Assembly: GCA_051418015.1 (NCBI GenBank)
Contig: JBPRGF010000033.1
Location: 32,001-96,000 of the forward strand
Reading direction: 5' to 3'
Source: Candidatus Nitrospinota bacterium M3_3B_026
GTDB taxonomy: Bacteria; Nitrospinota_A; UBA7883; JBPRGF01
Length of the DNA stretch: 64,000 bases
The first letter of the stretch is position 1. The number at the start of each line of letters is the position of its first letter. The notes below the pieces were generated by a model. The model was not told the origin of the DNA, did no database searches, and saw only the letters and a program-made list of their open reading frames with translations. A program made the position numbers and the translations under genes. Of the stretch, positions 36,974 to 46,748 are shown in pieces.

Positions 36974-39388
36974 TCAGCGTTGGATGAGCCGCAACGAGGC
37001 CGCCGCCATGGCGTAAAGACACGCCGCGGCGGCCACCACCGCCATGAATCCGAAATGTATCGCCAGCAGGACCGCGAGGACGGCGCTCATGACCGACGCG
37101 CAGCCGTTTATCCCCCATGCCCATGGGACGAGGGAGGGGGCCTTCTTTGCGACGAGGCTCAAACCCAGCGGGAAGGGCATCCCCATGAAAAACCCGAGAG
37201 GCGCAAGGAGGGCGACTGAGAGCGCGGCCTTCTGCGGCTCGGGGAAACCCGCGGTCATACCGAACACCGGCGGCAGGAGGAAAAGATACGCCCCGGCGAT
37301 GGTTATGACGGCCCCGGCGGCGATATCAACCGGACGGAAACTTCCCGCCACGCGCTCCCCGAGCCTCGCCGAGAAACCGCTTCCCAGCCCCGCGAAGACG
37401 AGAAACGAGCTGAGGATGACCGCCGCCGCGTATATCGGGTGGCTCAGGTAAAGGGTGAACTTCTGGATGAAGGACATCTCGATGAACATGAAACCGAGCC
37501 CCAGGCAAGTGAAATAGACAACAACTCCCGCGCCGCCCTTCGCCAGCGGCCCCCCGCCAAGCGCCCGCAACGGCGCCAGGACTAGCGCCGCGCTTAACAC
37601 AGCCGCCTGGACGAGCGCCGCGGACAGGATCACGTACCCCCACTCGACCAGCGGCGCGCCGCCGCGGCTTATCAGGCCGAAAAACTCGGGCGCTGATCTC
37701 CACTTGAAAAAGTTGAAAAAATACGGCCTGTCGTCGGTGGCGGGGGATATGTCGAACTTGTAGCGCTCCATGAACTCCGCCCGCCCGCCGCCCAGTATTT
37801 TCAACGCGCCTTCATAAAAGTATGGCGCCTGCAATATGTTCCTGGTGTTGACCTCCCCGGGCCGGACGCCGGGGTGATAGGCCGTGTCGAAGGATCGCCT
37901 GCCGCAGAAAGCCTTGATGGATTTTATGTCCTCCCGCGAAAACTCCCCGTTCTTCACAAGCAGGAGGATATGGCTCCAGCCTCGGACGAGGGCCATCCTT
38001 TTGCCCGGCGCTGTTTCGCCGTTTCGCTCCATGGCCTCCACGGCCGTGGCCAGTATTTTCAGCGTGTCCCTTGGCGGAAGCTTCAGCCTCCCCGTCACCG
38101 CCAGCATCCCGCCGGGGGTCAGGCGGCGCAGGTAGCCCCGGAAAGCCTCCACTGTGTAGGCGAAGCCCTCGTTCAACGCCCCGGCGCCCGCCGCGTCCCC
38201 CGCGCTTCTCCCGGCGTGGAGCTGGATCAGGTCGTATCTTTTCTCCGTGGACGCGATATATCCCCTCGCCTCCGCCACGTGGACGCGGATGTTATCCCGG
38301 CCATATATCCCGCCCGCGAAACCGGAAAAGTCGTCCCGGACGAGCCTTGCCATGTCCGGGTTCGGCTCCACGGCGTCTACCGCGTCCGCGCCGTGGTAGA
38401 GGGCGAGAAGGACGCCCGATCCACCGCCCGCGCCAAGCGCCAGGACTTTCGGGCGGGTCAGCAGGTGGTAGGGCAGGGCGGAGAGGGTGTAGTCGAGGTA
38501 TTCTATCGGCTGTTTGCCGCCGCTGTAGCGGGTGATCGCCGTCATGGCCCCGGCGTCGGTGAAGACGCCGAGCTGCTCCGGCGGCCAGGCGGGGCTGTTC
38601 AGGCTGAGGCCCGGCGCGTGGCGGAAGGGTATCAGCGGGCTTTTGACGACGGTCAGGAGCCCGAGCGGGCTTGTCCTTTTCTTTATCACTTTCGCCCCCG
38701 GCGCGAGGAGGGCCTGGCTAAGCTGCTTGTACTCGCTGATTTTCGGCTCAAGCCACGCCGCCGGAAGAAGCAGAGACGCCGAGGCCGCCAGAAGCGCCAT
38801 GCCCGCCATCGCCGTCCTGCGCCTCCTCTCCGTCTCCAGCGCGGCGGCGAAAGCAGCGGCTGTCAGCGCCGCGGTGGACGCTGCTTTCATGAGCGTTTCC
38901 GGGTAAAACCAGAACATCGCCACCGTAATCAGAAAAGCCCCCGCCCCCGCCCCGGCAAGGTCGGCCCGGTATATGGCCCCGGCGCTTCTTTTTTTGTAAA
39001 TGAACGCCAGCCCTATCACGTTCGCCGCGAAGAAAAAGGGGATGGAGAGGACAAGGTATATGGCCGCCATGTAGAGCGCCTGCCGCGCGTCCCAGGCGAT
39101 TTCGAGCGGGTTGAAGGGTATTCGCTGGGCCGCGGCGTGGCAGGCGGGGGTCGAGACGCCGAAGAGAGCGGCGTTGAGGAAAAAAGCGGCGGGGAAATCC
39201 CTTTCGAGCAGCCGCCGGGCCAGCGCCAGGAACGTGCCGCTCATCCCGAACCCCAGCAGCGCGAGGCTGATTATCATCCAGGCGAAATGGCTCCACTGGG
39301 AGATGGAGAACATCCGCATCAGGAGTATCTCCAGGCCGATGACGGCGGCGGAGATGATGAAGACGAGCGGGTAAAGAGTCGGCATCAA
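36974..39388 (-). CDS. Polytopic membrane protein with central spermidine-synthase-like SAM-binding domain
   Basis: N- and C-terminal TM bundles; LGAGGGSG, AVE, EARGYI, YDLI, PATDDRPYF, WAWGING. Confidence 0.85.
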   Translation of the reverse strand: MMPTLYPLVFIISAAVIGLEILLMRMFSISQWSHFAWMIISLALLGFGMSGTFLALARRLLERDFPAAFFLNAALFGVSTPACHAAAQRIPFNPLEIAWDARQALYMAAIYLVLSIPFFFAANVIGLAFIYKKRSAGAIYRADLAGAGAGAFLITVAMFWFYPETLMKAASTAALTAAAFAAALETERRRRTAMAGMALLAASASLLLPAAWLEPKISEYKQLSQALLAPGAKVIKKRTSPLGLLTVVKSPLIPFRHAPGLSLNSPAWPPEQLGVFTDAGAMTAITRYSGGKQPIEYLDYTLSALPYHLLTRPKVLALGAGGGSGVLLALYHGADAVDAVEPNPDMARLVRDDFSGFAGGIYGRDNIRVHVAEARGYIASTEKRYDLIQLHAGRSAGDAAGAGALNEGFAYTVEAFRGYLRRLTPGGMLAVTGRLKLPPRDTLKILATAVEAMERNGETAPGKRMALVRGWSHILLLVKNGEFSREDIKSIKAFCGRRSFDTAYHPGVRPGEVNTRNILQAPYFYEGALKILGGGRAEFMERYKFDISPATDDRPYFFNFFKWRSAPEFFGLISRGGAPLVEWGYVILSAALVQAAVLSAALVLAPLRALGGGPLAKGGAGVVVYFTCLGLGFMFIEMSFIQKFTLYLSHPIYAAAVILSSFLVFAGLGSGFSARLGERVAGSFRPVDIAAGAVITIAGAYLFLLPPVFGMTAGFPEPQKAALSVALLAPLGFFMGMPFPLGLSLVAKKAPSLVPWAWGINGCASVMSAVLAVLLAIHFGFMAVVAAAACLYAMAAASLRLIQR

Positions 39389-40116
39389 CGCCTGCCAGTG
39401 AGGGGCACGAACCGGACGGGCAGCACCTGCCTGGTGGTGACCGTCCCGTCCCCGGCCTTCTCGACGAAGGTCAGCTGCTGAGCCATGAACCTCCCCCCCA
39501 CGGGGATAACCATGCGCCCGCCGGGCTTGAGCTGCCGGACGAGCGGCGGGGGAACGTGATCGGCGGCGGCAGTCACAACTATAGCGTCGAAGGGGGCGCG
39601 CTCGGGCCAGCCGTAGTAGCCGTCCCCTACCTTTACCGTGACGTTATCATACCCCAGGCGCTCGAGCCTCTCCCTGGCGCTTCGCCCCAGCTCGGGGATT
39701 ATCTCGATGGTGTGCACCTCCTTCACGAGAGGGGAGAGCACCGCCGCCTGGTAGCCCGAGCCTGTCCCAACCTCCAGGACCACGTCGTCCCCGTCCACGT
39801 CCAGAAGGTCGGTCATCAGCGCGACTATGTAAGGCTGGGAGATCGTCTGGCCATGGCCTATGGGGAGGGGGCGGTTCAGGTACGCCATGTCCCTGTGTTT
39901 TTCGGGGACGAAAAGATGACGCTTCGCCCCGGCGATGGACTTCATGACCTTTTCGTCGAGCCTGTCTTTGCCGACCCATGAGCTGGTCTCCTGGACGTCG
40001 CGCTCGATCTGGCGGACAAGGCGCTCCCGCTCCTCCTGGTACGGGCTGGACGAAAGAGCGGCCCCCGCCCACGCCAGGACGGCAAGCGGCAGGGCAAACG
40101 GCATGGTCATCCTCAT
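39385..40116 (-). CDS. pcm: Protein-L-isoaspartate O-methyltransferase with N-terminal signal-like peptide
   Basis: RHLFVP, GQTISQPY, VLEVGTGSGYQAA, APFDAI, QLKPGG, VRFVPL. Confidence 0.93.
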   Translation of the reverse strand: MRMTMPFALPLAVLAWAGAALSSSPYQEERERLVRQIERDVQETSSWVGKDRLDEKVMKSIAGAKRHLFVPEKHRDMAYLNRPLPIGHGQTISQPYIVALMTDLLDVDGDDVVLEVGTGSGYQAAVLSPLVKEVHTIEIIPELGRSARERLERLGYDNVTVKVGDGYYGWPERAPFDAIVVTAAADHVPPPLVRQLKPGGRMVIPVGGRFMAQQLTFVEKAGDGTVTTRQVLPVRFVPLTGRR

Positions 40117-40246
40117 CGGCGCGCCTCTCCATGCGGAACCACCTGACTATGATATTAAATCAGGCCGCCGCCGCTCTCAACACCCCCGCCGGGGCTTGGT
40201 AGAATGGAGCCTTCACCGGGGCCGTGAATTTTTTTTGGTGGAGGTC

Positions 40247-41047
40247 ATGCCGGAGCTGCCGGACGTGGAGGCGTTCAAGAGATACCTGAACGCCACGTCC
40301 CTTCACAAGACCATCGGGAGAGTGAAAGTATACGCCCCGGACGTGCTTGAAGGAGTCTCGGGCCGGAGGCTGAGGAACGCCCTCGAGGGGAAGAGCCTGG
40401 ATCAGACCCGCCGCCACGGCAAGTATCTTTTCGCGCGGATAAGCGGAGGCGGCTGGCTTGTCATGCATTTCGGCATGACCGGGCGCCTGAAATATTTCAA
40501 GGGGACTCACAGCCCGCCGCGCCACACGCGGCTTCTTCTCTCCTTCGAGAACGGTTTCAACCTCGCCTACATCCTCCAGCGCAAGCTCGGCAGGGTGTTC
40601 CTCGCCGGGAGCGGCGGCTCGTTCATAAAAGAACGCGGCCTCGGCCCCGATGCCATGACGATAGGCCGAGCCCCGTTCCTCCAGCGTCTGGGCAAAGGCA
40701 GGGGCGGCGTCAAGCCGTGGCTCATGAACCAGGGTAACATCGCGGGGATCGGCAACATATATTCCGACGAAATTCTGTTCCAGGCCCGCGTCCATCCGCT
40801 GAGAAAGACCGGCTCGCTCGACGAGACGGCGGGAAAGCGCCTGTTCCGGAAGACGCGCAGCGTTCTGAAAACCGCGTCGGACGCCGGGGCGGACCCGGAG
40901 GCCATGCCCCGCTCGTGGCTTATGCGTCATCGGAAAGGCGGGGGCCGGTGCCCGAGATGCTCCTCACCGCTCGCGACCCTGAAGGCGGCGGGGAGAACGT
41001 CATGGTTTTGCCCGGAATGCCAGCCCGCGCGGCCCACGGACCAGTAA
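40247..41047 (+). CDS. Fpg/Nei family DNA glycosylase/AP lyase
   Basis: Starts MPELPDVE after GGAGG; RHGKYL, HFGMTG, AGIGNIYSDE, zinc finger CPRC...CPECQ. Confidence 0.92.
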   Translation: MPELPDVEAFKRYLNATSLHKTIGRVKVYAPDVLEGVSGRRLRNALEGKSLDQTRRHGKYLFARISGGGWLVMHFGMTGRLKYFKGTHSPPRHTRLLLSFENGFNLAYILQRKLGRVFLAGSGGSFIKERGLGPDAMTIGRAPFLQRLGKGRGGVKPWLMNQGNIAGIGNIYSDEILFQARVHPLRKTGSLDETAGKRLFRKTRSVLKTASDAGADPEAMPRSWLMRHRKGGGRCPRCSSPLATLKAAGRTSWFCPECQPARPTDQ

Positions 41048-41354
41048 GCGTTTCCGCTTTACGGTCAAAATATTCTGATAAACTGGGATAATAATTGGAA
41101 TGAAAAAAGCAATGGCGCCGCATGAAGCGTCAACAGCGCCCCCTGGGCCCCTGAAAAAAGCGCAAGCGAGGCCCGCGCCGCCTTGCGCCGGCGTCCAAGG
41201 GAGTGCTTGTTCTTTTTACGGGAAGGTTATAAGTTAATATCAGCAGCCTTCAGGAGTCCGAGAGGCTGCCGTCATGGGTTTGTTTTTTGACGTGGCGCCG
41301 GAGGCGGCGGGATTCCCGGCGGTCCGCCGGCTTTCCCAGGAAAGGTGGCTGTAG

Positions 41355-44300
41355 ATGCTGGTTACGGGTGTACTTGGTTTTTCCATCCTGCTCCAGCTCT
41401 ATGCCGCCGTCCTCGCCTTGAGGCTCGTCAGGGTCACCGGCCACCGGGTCGGCTGGGCGCTGATCGCGGCCGCGGTGTTCCTCATGGCCGCCCGCAGGAG
41501 CATAACCTTCGTCCGCCTGGTCAGAGGCGACATGGCCCACCCGCCGGACCTGCAGGCGGAGATCGTGGCGCTTTTCATATCCATTTTCATGGTGTCCGGC
41601 CTTTTCCTGGTGGCCCCCTTTTTCCGGTCCATCCGCGAGACCGAGCGGACGGCGGGGAAGGTGAACAGGGAGCTGCGGGCCTTGAGCGAGGTGAACGAGG
41701 CGGTGCTGAAGGTGAAGAGCGAGGCGGCCCTGCTCAGCGAGGCCTGCCGCATAGTCGTGGAGACCGGCGGGTACAAGCTCGCGTGGGTGGGCTACGCCGG
41801 GGACGACGAGGATAAAACCGTCTATCCCGTCGCCCATTGCGGCTTCGAGGACGGCTACCTGGAGACCGTCAGGATAAGCTGGGCGGACGACGAGAGCGGC
41901 CGCGGCCCGACGGGCACGGCGATCAGGACCGGCGAGCCGTCCATAATCCGCGATATCCGAGCCGACCCCCGCTACACGCCCTGGCGGGCGCAGGCGGAAA
42001 AGCGCGGCTACGCCTCCTCGGCGGCGATCCCGCTCCTCGTGGATGGGAAGACGCTGGGCGCGCTGAACGTCTACTCGGAGGAGGCCGGCGTTTTCGACGA
42101 CGATGAGATCGAGTTGTTGCAGAAGATCGCCACGGACCTCGCCGGGGCCGTGACGGCGATCAAGGCGCGCGAGGAGAGCGAGGCCGCCAGGAGGATGGTC
42201 TTCGAAAGCGAGGCCAGGCTGGACGCCATCACCTCCGCCGCCCAGGACGCCATCGTCATGCTGGACGACGAGGGGAAGATAAGGTTCTGGAACCCCGCCG
42301 CGGAGCGGATGTTCGGCTACACCTGGGCGGAGGTCAACGGCGAGGATATAACCGGCCTGACAGTCCCCGAGAAATACCGGGAAAGGCACAGGCGGGGCTT
42401 CGAGGGTTTCATAAAAGAAGGCAAGGGGCCCATCGTCGGCAATACGGTGGAGTTCACGGGACAGAGAAGGGACGGCTCCGAGTTTCCCATCACCCTGTCC
42501 GTCTCGGCGATCCAGCTCAACGGCAGGTGGAACGCCGTCGGCGTTGTCCGGGATATCACGGAGCAGAAGAAAAACGAGGAGGAGCTTCGCAGGCGCACTC
42601 AGGAGCTCGGCGAGCGGGTCAAGGAGATGCGGTGTCTGTACGGCGTCTCCAGCCTCGTCCGCTCCGCGGAGACGGACCCGGAGAAGGTCATGCCCCGCGT
42701 CGTGGAGCTTCTGCCGCCGGGCTGGCAGTATCCGGACATCACCTGCGCCAGGATCGTCCTGGAGGGCAGGGAGTACAAGACCGCGAACTACTCCGCCACG
42801 CGCTGGCGGCAGTCCGCCGATATCACGGCGATGGGGGAGAAGATAGGCGAGCTGGAGGTTCGGTATCTCGAGGCCATGCCGGAGATGGACGAGGGGCCGT
42901 TTTTGAAGGAGGAGAGGGACCTTATAAACGCCCTCGCCGACGTCATCGGCAGGGCCGTGGAGGAGGGCCGCGCCGCGAGGGCCATCAAGGCCTCCGAGGA
43001 GAAATACCGGAACCTGTTCGAGTATGCCAACGAGGGGATCATGATGGTCGACCCGGAGACCTTCAGGATCATCGAAGCCAACGAGGTGGCCGCCTCCCGG
43101 CTCGGCTACACCCGCGAGGAGTTTTTGAAGCTGACCGTGAACGACATCAACCCGCCCGGCTACGACCCGGCGAGGGACATCCCCCTGAAAGACCTGAGGG
43201 AGGGCAAGAGCGTCATCTTTGAGCGGCGCCACAGGCGCAAGAACGGCTCCATCCTTCACGCCGAGGTGAGCGCGAAGCTGGTCGATTACGACGGCCGAAA
43301 GGCCATCCAGGGTTTCGTGCGCGACATCTCCGGGCGCAAGGCCGCCGAGGAGGCGCTGATGGAGTCGGAGCGGGCCCTGGCGGCCCTGATGGGCAATCTG
43401 CCCGGCATGGCCTACCGCTGCCTGAACGACAGGGACTGGACGATGGAGTTCGTGAGCGAGGGATGCCTGGACCTCACGGGATACAAGGTCAGCGACATGC
43501 TGGGGAACCGGATTGTCTCTTACGCCGACCTCATCCATCCCGACGACCGGGAGATGGTCTGGAAAGAGGTCCAGGAGGCGATCAGGAAGGGCGAGTCCTA
43601 CACCCTGATGTACAGGATCACGACCGCGGACGGCCAACTGCGGTGGGTCTGGGAGAAGGGGGCGGCGGTCCGCTCCGGCGACGGGGACGTGGAGGAGCTG
43701 GAAGGCTTCATAAGCGACATAACCGCCCTGAAGCGGGCCGAGGAGGCCCTCTCCGAGAGCGAGTCGCGCCTGCGGGTGATAACCGACACGGCCATAGACT
43801 CCATCATCCAGATGGACGACGAGGGACGCATAACATTCTGGAACAAGGCGGCGGAGAGGATGTTCGGCTACTCGCCGGAGGAGGCCATAGGGCAGGACCT
43901 GCACAGGCTGCTCGCGCCGGAGCGTTATTACGATGACTTCAGCAAGGCTTTCGATGAGTTCAAGACCAGCGGGACGGGCCCCCTGACCGAGAGAGTTACG
44001 GAGATAGGAGCTGTCAGGAAAAGCGGCGAGGAGTTTCCCGTGGAGATAGCCATCGCTTCCGTCAGGCTCGGGGGCAAATGGCACGCCGTCGGCGTCGTCC
44101 GCGACGCGAGCGCCCGCAAGCGGATGGAGGACTGGCTGGTGAAGCTTTCCATGGCGATCGACACGGCCCCCACGATCGTCATGATAACCGGCGCGGAAGG
44201 GCGCGTGGAATACGTCAACCCCTCCTTCACCACCGTCACCGGCTATGAGCCGGACGAGATTATCGGCAGGAGCGCAGGCGACCTTGGCGGGATGGCCCCG

Positions 44301-45671
44301 GAGGAGAGCGAGAGGATGTGGGCGGCCCTGAGGGAGCGGGGGGAATGGCAGGGCGAGTTCTACAACAGGAAAAAGGATGGAGGCCGCTACTGGGAGCGCG
44401 CCACCATATCCGCGGTGAGGGACAGGGACGGCGGGATCGTCAACTACCTGAAGGTCGCCGAGGACGTGACGGAGAGAAGGGAGGCCGAGGACAAGCTCAA
44501 GGAGGCGGGGGAGTTTCTCCGCAGGCTGCTCGACACCATCCCCAATCCCCTCTTTTACAAGAACACCGAGGGGGTCTACATCGGTTGCAACGAAGCCTTC
44601 GCGAAGTACCTCGGCCTCGAGCGGGACGAGATAATCGGCAAGACCGTTTACGACATCGCTCCGAAGGACCTCGCCGATGTATACGAAGATAAGGACCGGC
44701 TGCTTTTCGAAAACCCCGGCGTGCAGACCTACGAGACGCGGGTGAGAGGGAGGGACGGCAAGAGGCGCGACGCGGTCTTCAGCAAGGCCACCTACACCGA
44801 CGCCAAGGGAGCGGTGGCCGGGCTGGTGGGGGTGATAATAGACATCACCGAGCGCAAGGAGTGGGAGACCTCGCTGCAGGAGACCAACGAGCGGCTCCAG
44901 AGCGCCTTCTCCGAGCTTCGCAAGGCGCAGACCATGCTCATCCGTCAGGAGAAGCTCGCCTCGATGGGCGCTCTCTCCGCCGGGGTGGCCCACGAGATAA
45001 AAAACCCCCTCAACATCATATCCACCTCCGTCCAGCTTCTGATGATGGAGGAGGGGATACCCGACGACGTGATGAAGTCCTACCGGACGATCATGGACCA
45101 GGTGAAGAGGGCCGTGAAGATCACCGACAACCTGAGGGACTTCGCCCGTGAGCGCAAACCCGAGGTGACGGACATAGACCTTGGCGATTTCCTGGAGAAG
45201 ACCATAGCGCTGGTGGAATACGAGATGCGCACCGAGAGCATAGAGATAACCAGGATCTTCGACCCGGAGACCATGGCGATAAAAGGCGACCCCGACCAGC
45301 TGGCCCAGGTTTTCCTGAACATCATAGGCAACGCGCGGGAGAGCATGAACGAGAAAAGGGAGAGATTCTCCTACGACAGGCTGAGCAAGATGGGCTGGAG
45401 GGGACGGCTTTCAATATCCACCCGCGTGATGGACGGAGAGGTCAGGATAGCTTTTCGGGACAGCGGGATGGGGCTTTCGAAAGAGGCCATGGAGAAGGTG
45501 TTCGACCCGTTTTTCACGACCAAGCCGGAGGGGAAGGGGACAGGGCTCGGCATGGCGATAGCCTACGGGATCATAGAGAACCACGGGGGGCGGATAGAGG
45601 CCGACTCGGCGCCGGGGGAATGGGCGGAGTTCGCCGTATACCTGCCCATCGCCGGAAGAGGAGGAAAGTGA
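41355..45671 (+). CDS. Membrane-anchored GAF/multi-PAS sensor histidine kinase
   Basis: Three N-terminal TM helices, GAF, several PAS/PAC units (WN..AERMFGY, DITE), AHEIKNPL, QVFLNIIGNA, DSGMG, FDPFFTTK..GKGTGLG. Confidence 0.93.
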   Translation: MLVTGVLGFSILLQLYAAVLALRLVRVTGHRVGWALIAAAVFLMAARRSITFVRLVRGDMAHPPDLQAEIVALFISIFMVSGLFLVAPFFRSIRETERTAGKVNRELRALSEVNEAVLKVKSEAALLSEACRIVVETGGYKLAWVGYAGDDEDKTVYPVAHCGFEDGYLETVRISWADDESGRGPTGTAIRTGEPSIIRDIRADPRYTPWRAQAEKRGYASSAAIPLLVDGKTLGALNVYSEEAGVFDDDEIELLQKIATDLAGAVTAIKAREESEAARRMVFESEARLDAITSAAQDAIVMLDDEGKIRFWNPAAERMFGYTWAEVNGEDITGLTVPEKYRERHRRGFEGFIKEGKGPIVGNTVEFTGQRRDGSEFPITLSVSAIQLNGRWNAVGVVRDITEQKKNEEELRRRTQELGERVKEMRCLYGVSSLVRSAETDPEKVMPRVVELLPPGWQYPDITCARIVLEGREYKTANYSATRWRQSADITAMGEKIGELEVRYLEAMPEMDEGPFLKEERDLINALADVIGRAVEEGRAARAIKASEEKYRNLFEYANEGIMMVDPETFRIIEANEVAASRLGYTREEFLKLTVNDINPPGYDPARDIPLKDLREGKSVIFERRHRRKNGSILHAEVSAKLVDYDGRKAIQGFVRDISGRKAAEEALMESERALAALMGNLPGMAYRCLNDRDWTMEFVSEGCLDLTGYKVSDMLGNRIVSYADLIHPDDREMVWKEVQEAIRKGESYTLMYRITTADGQLRWVWEKGAAVRSGDGDVEELEGFISDITALKRAEEALSESESRLRVITDTAIDSIIQMDDEGRITFWNKAAERMFGYSPEEAIGQDLHRLLAPERYYDDFSKAFDEFKTSGTGPLTERVTEIGAVRKSGEEFPVEIAIASVRLGGKWHAVGVVRDASARKRMEDWLVKLSMAIDTAPTIVMITGAEGRVEYVNPSFTTVTGYEPDEIIGRSAGDLGGMAPEESERMWAALRERGEWQGEFYNRKKDGGRYWERATISAVRDRDGGIVNYLKVAEDVTERREAEDKLKEAGEFLRRLLDTIPNPLFYKNTEGVYIGCNEAFAKYLGLERDEIIGKTVYDIAPKDLADVYEDKDRLLFENPGVQTYETRVRGRDGKRRDAVFSKATYTDAKGAVAGLVGVIIDITERKEWETSLQETNERLQSAFSELRKAQTMLIRQEKLASMGALSAGVAHEIKNPLNIISTSVQLLMMEEGIPDDVMKSYRTIMDQVKRAVKITDNLRDFARERKPEVTDIDLGDFLEKTIALVEYEMRTESIEITRIFDPETMAIKGDPDQLAQVFLNIIGNARESMNEKRERFSYDRLSKMGWRGRLSISTRVMDGEVRIAFRDSGMGLSKEAMEKVFDPFFTTKPEGKGTGLGMAIAYGIIENHGGRIEADSAPGEWAEFAVYLPIAGRGGK

Positions 45672-45692
45672 TGAATTCGATGGGAGGCTCAC

Positions 45693-46745
45693 ATGAGTGA
45701 CGGCCTGTTCAGCGTCCTGGTGGTGGACGACGAGGTGCCCGCCTGCCTGACCCTGGAAAGGTTCCTGCAAAAAAGGGGATACGGAGCCCGCTCCGTCCAC
45801 ACCGGCGAGGAGGCGGTCAGGAGCGTCAAGGAGTCCGCTCCGGACATCGTGGTGCTGGACATCAAGATGCCCGGGATGGACGGGATCGAGACGCTCAAGC
45901 GCATACGGAAAATAAACGAGGACATGGTCGTTATCATGCTGACGGCCCTGGACGACGTGGAGACGGCTCTCATCACGATAAGGGAAGGCGCGGACGATTT
46001 TTTGCGCAAGCCTGTGGTGTTGCCGGAGCTTGAGCACTACATAACCTCCGCCCTGGAGAAAAGGCGCCTTGTCCGCGAAAACCGCGATTACCAGGAGAAC
46101 CTCGAAAAGAAAGTGGCCGAGCAGACAGCCGAGCTGCGGTCCATGAACGAGTACCTTAAAAAGACCAACCTGGAGATAGTCCGCTCCCTCTCCGAGGCGA
46201 TCGAGGCGAAGGACCCGTACACCCGCGGCCATTGCCGGAGGGTCACGAACCTGTCGATGGCGCTTGCCAGGAAGGCCGGAATCGACGACGGGAAGCTGGA
46301 GACGCTGGAGTATGGCTGCCTGTTGCATGACATCGGCAAGATAGGCGTCCGCGGCGCCGTGTTGAACAAGCCCGGCAGGCTCACCCCCGAGGAGTTCGAG
46401 CACGTGAAGAAACATTCGGAGATAGGGGATAGAATAATAGCGAGCGTGGATTTTTTGAGGAGCGCCCGGATGATAGTGAGAAACCACCACGAGCGCTACG
46501 ACGGAAAAGGCTACCCGGACGGGCTGAAAGGGGACGGGATGAGCGACCTTGTGAAGATATCCGTCATAGTTGACGCCTACGACGCCATGACCAGCGACAG
46601 ACCCTACCGGACGGCCATGAGCGTCGAGAGGGCCCTGTCCATCCTGAAGGAAAACGCCGGAAGCCAGTTCGACCCGGAGCTTGTGGAGATTTTCATAAGG
46701 GAGAAGGTTTACCTGGAGGCCGAAAACGACCGGCGGCGGGACTGA
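45693..46745 (+). CDS. REC-HD-GYP phosphodiesterase response regulator
   Basis: LDIKMP, GHCRRV, HDIGKIG, HHERYDGKGYPDGL, DAYDAMTSDRPYR. Confidence 0.92.
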   Translation: MSDGLFSVLVVDDEVPACLTLERFLQKRGYGARSVHTGEEAVRSVKESAPDIVVLDIKMPGMDGIETLKRIRKINEDMVVIMLTALDDVETALITIREGADDFLRKPVVLPELEHYITSALEKRRLVRENRDYQENLEKKVAEQTAELRSMNEYLKKTNLEIVRSLSEAIEAKDPYTRGHCRRVTNLSMALARKAGIDDGKLETLEYGCLLHDIGKIGVRGAVLNKPGRLTPEEFEHVKKHSEIGDRIIASVDFLRSARMIVRNHHERYDGKGYPDGLKGDGMSDLVKISVIVDAYDAMTSDRPYRTAMSVERALSILKENAGSQFDPELVEIFIREKVYLEAENDRRRD

Positions 46746-46748
46746 CCT

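Noticed and set aside
5586..39481. Other long overlapping ORFs (e.g. 5586..7007, 13069..14466, 15206..16663, 18805..20244, 25627..27099, 37874..39481)
   Set aside because: Opposite-strand shadows of well-supported genes
40247..41047. Gene symbol mutM
   Set aside because: PELPDVE start and divergent internal motifs suggest a secondary Fpg/Nei paralog
41250..44993. 1247-aa minus-strand ORF
   Set aside because: Antisense shadow of the histidine kinase in high-GC DNA; no recognisable motifs
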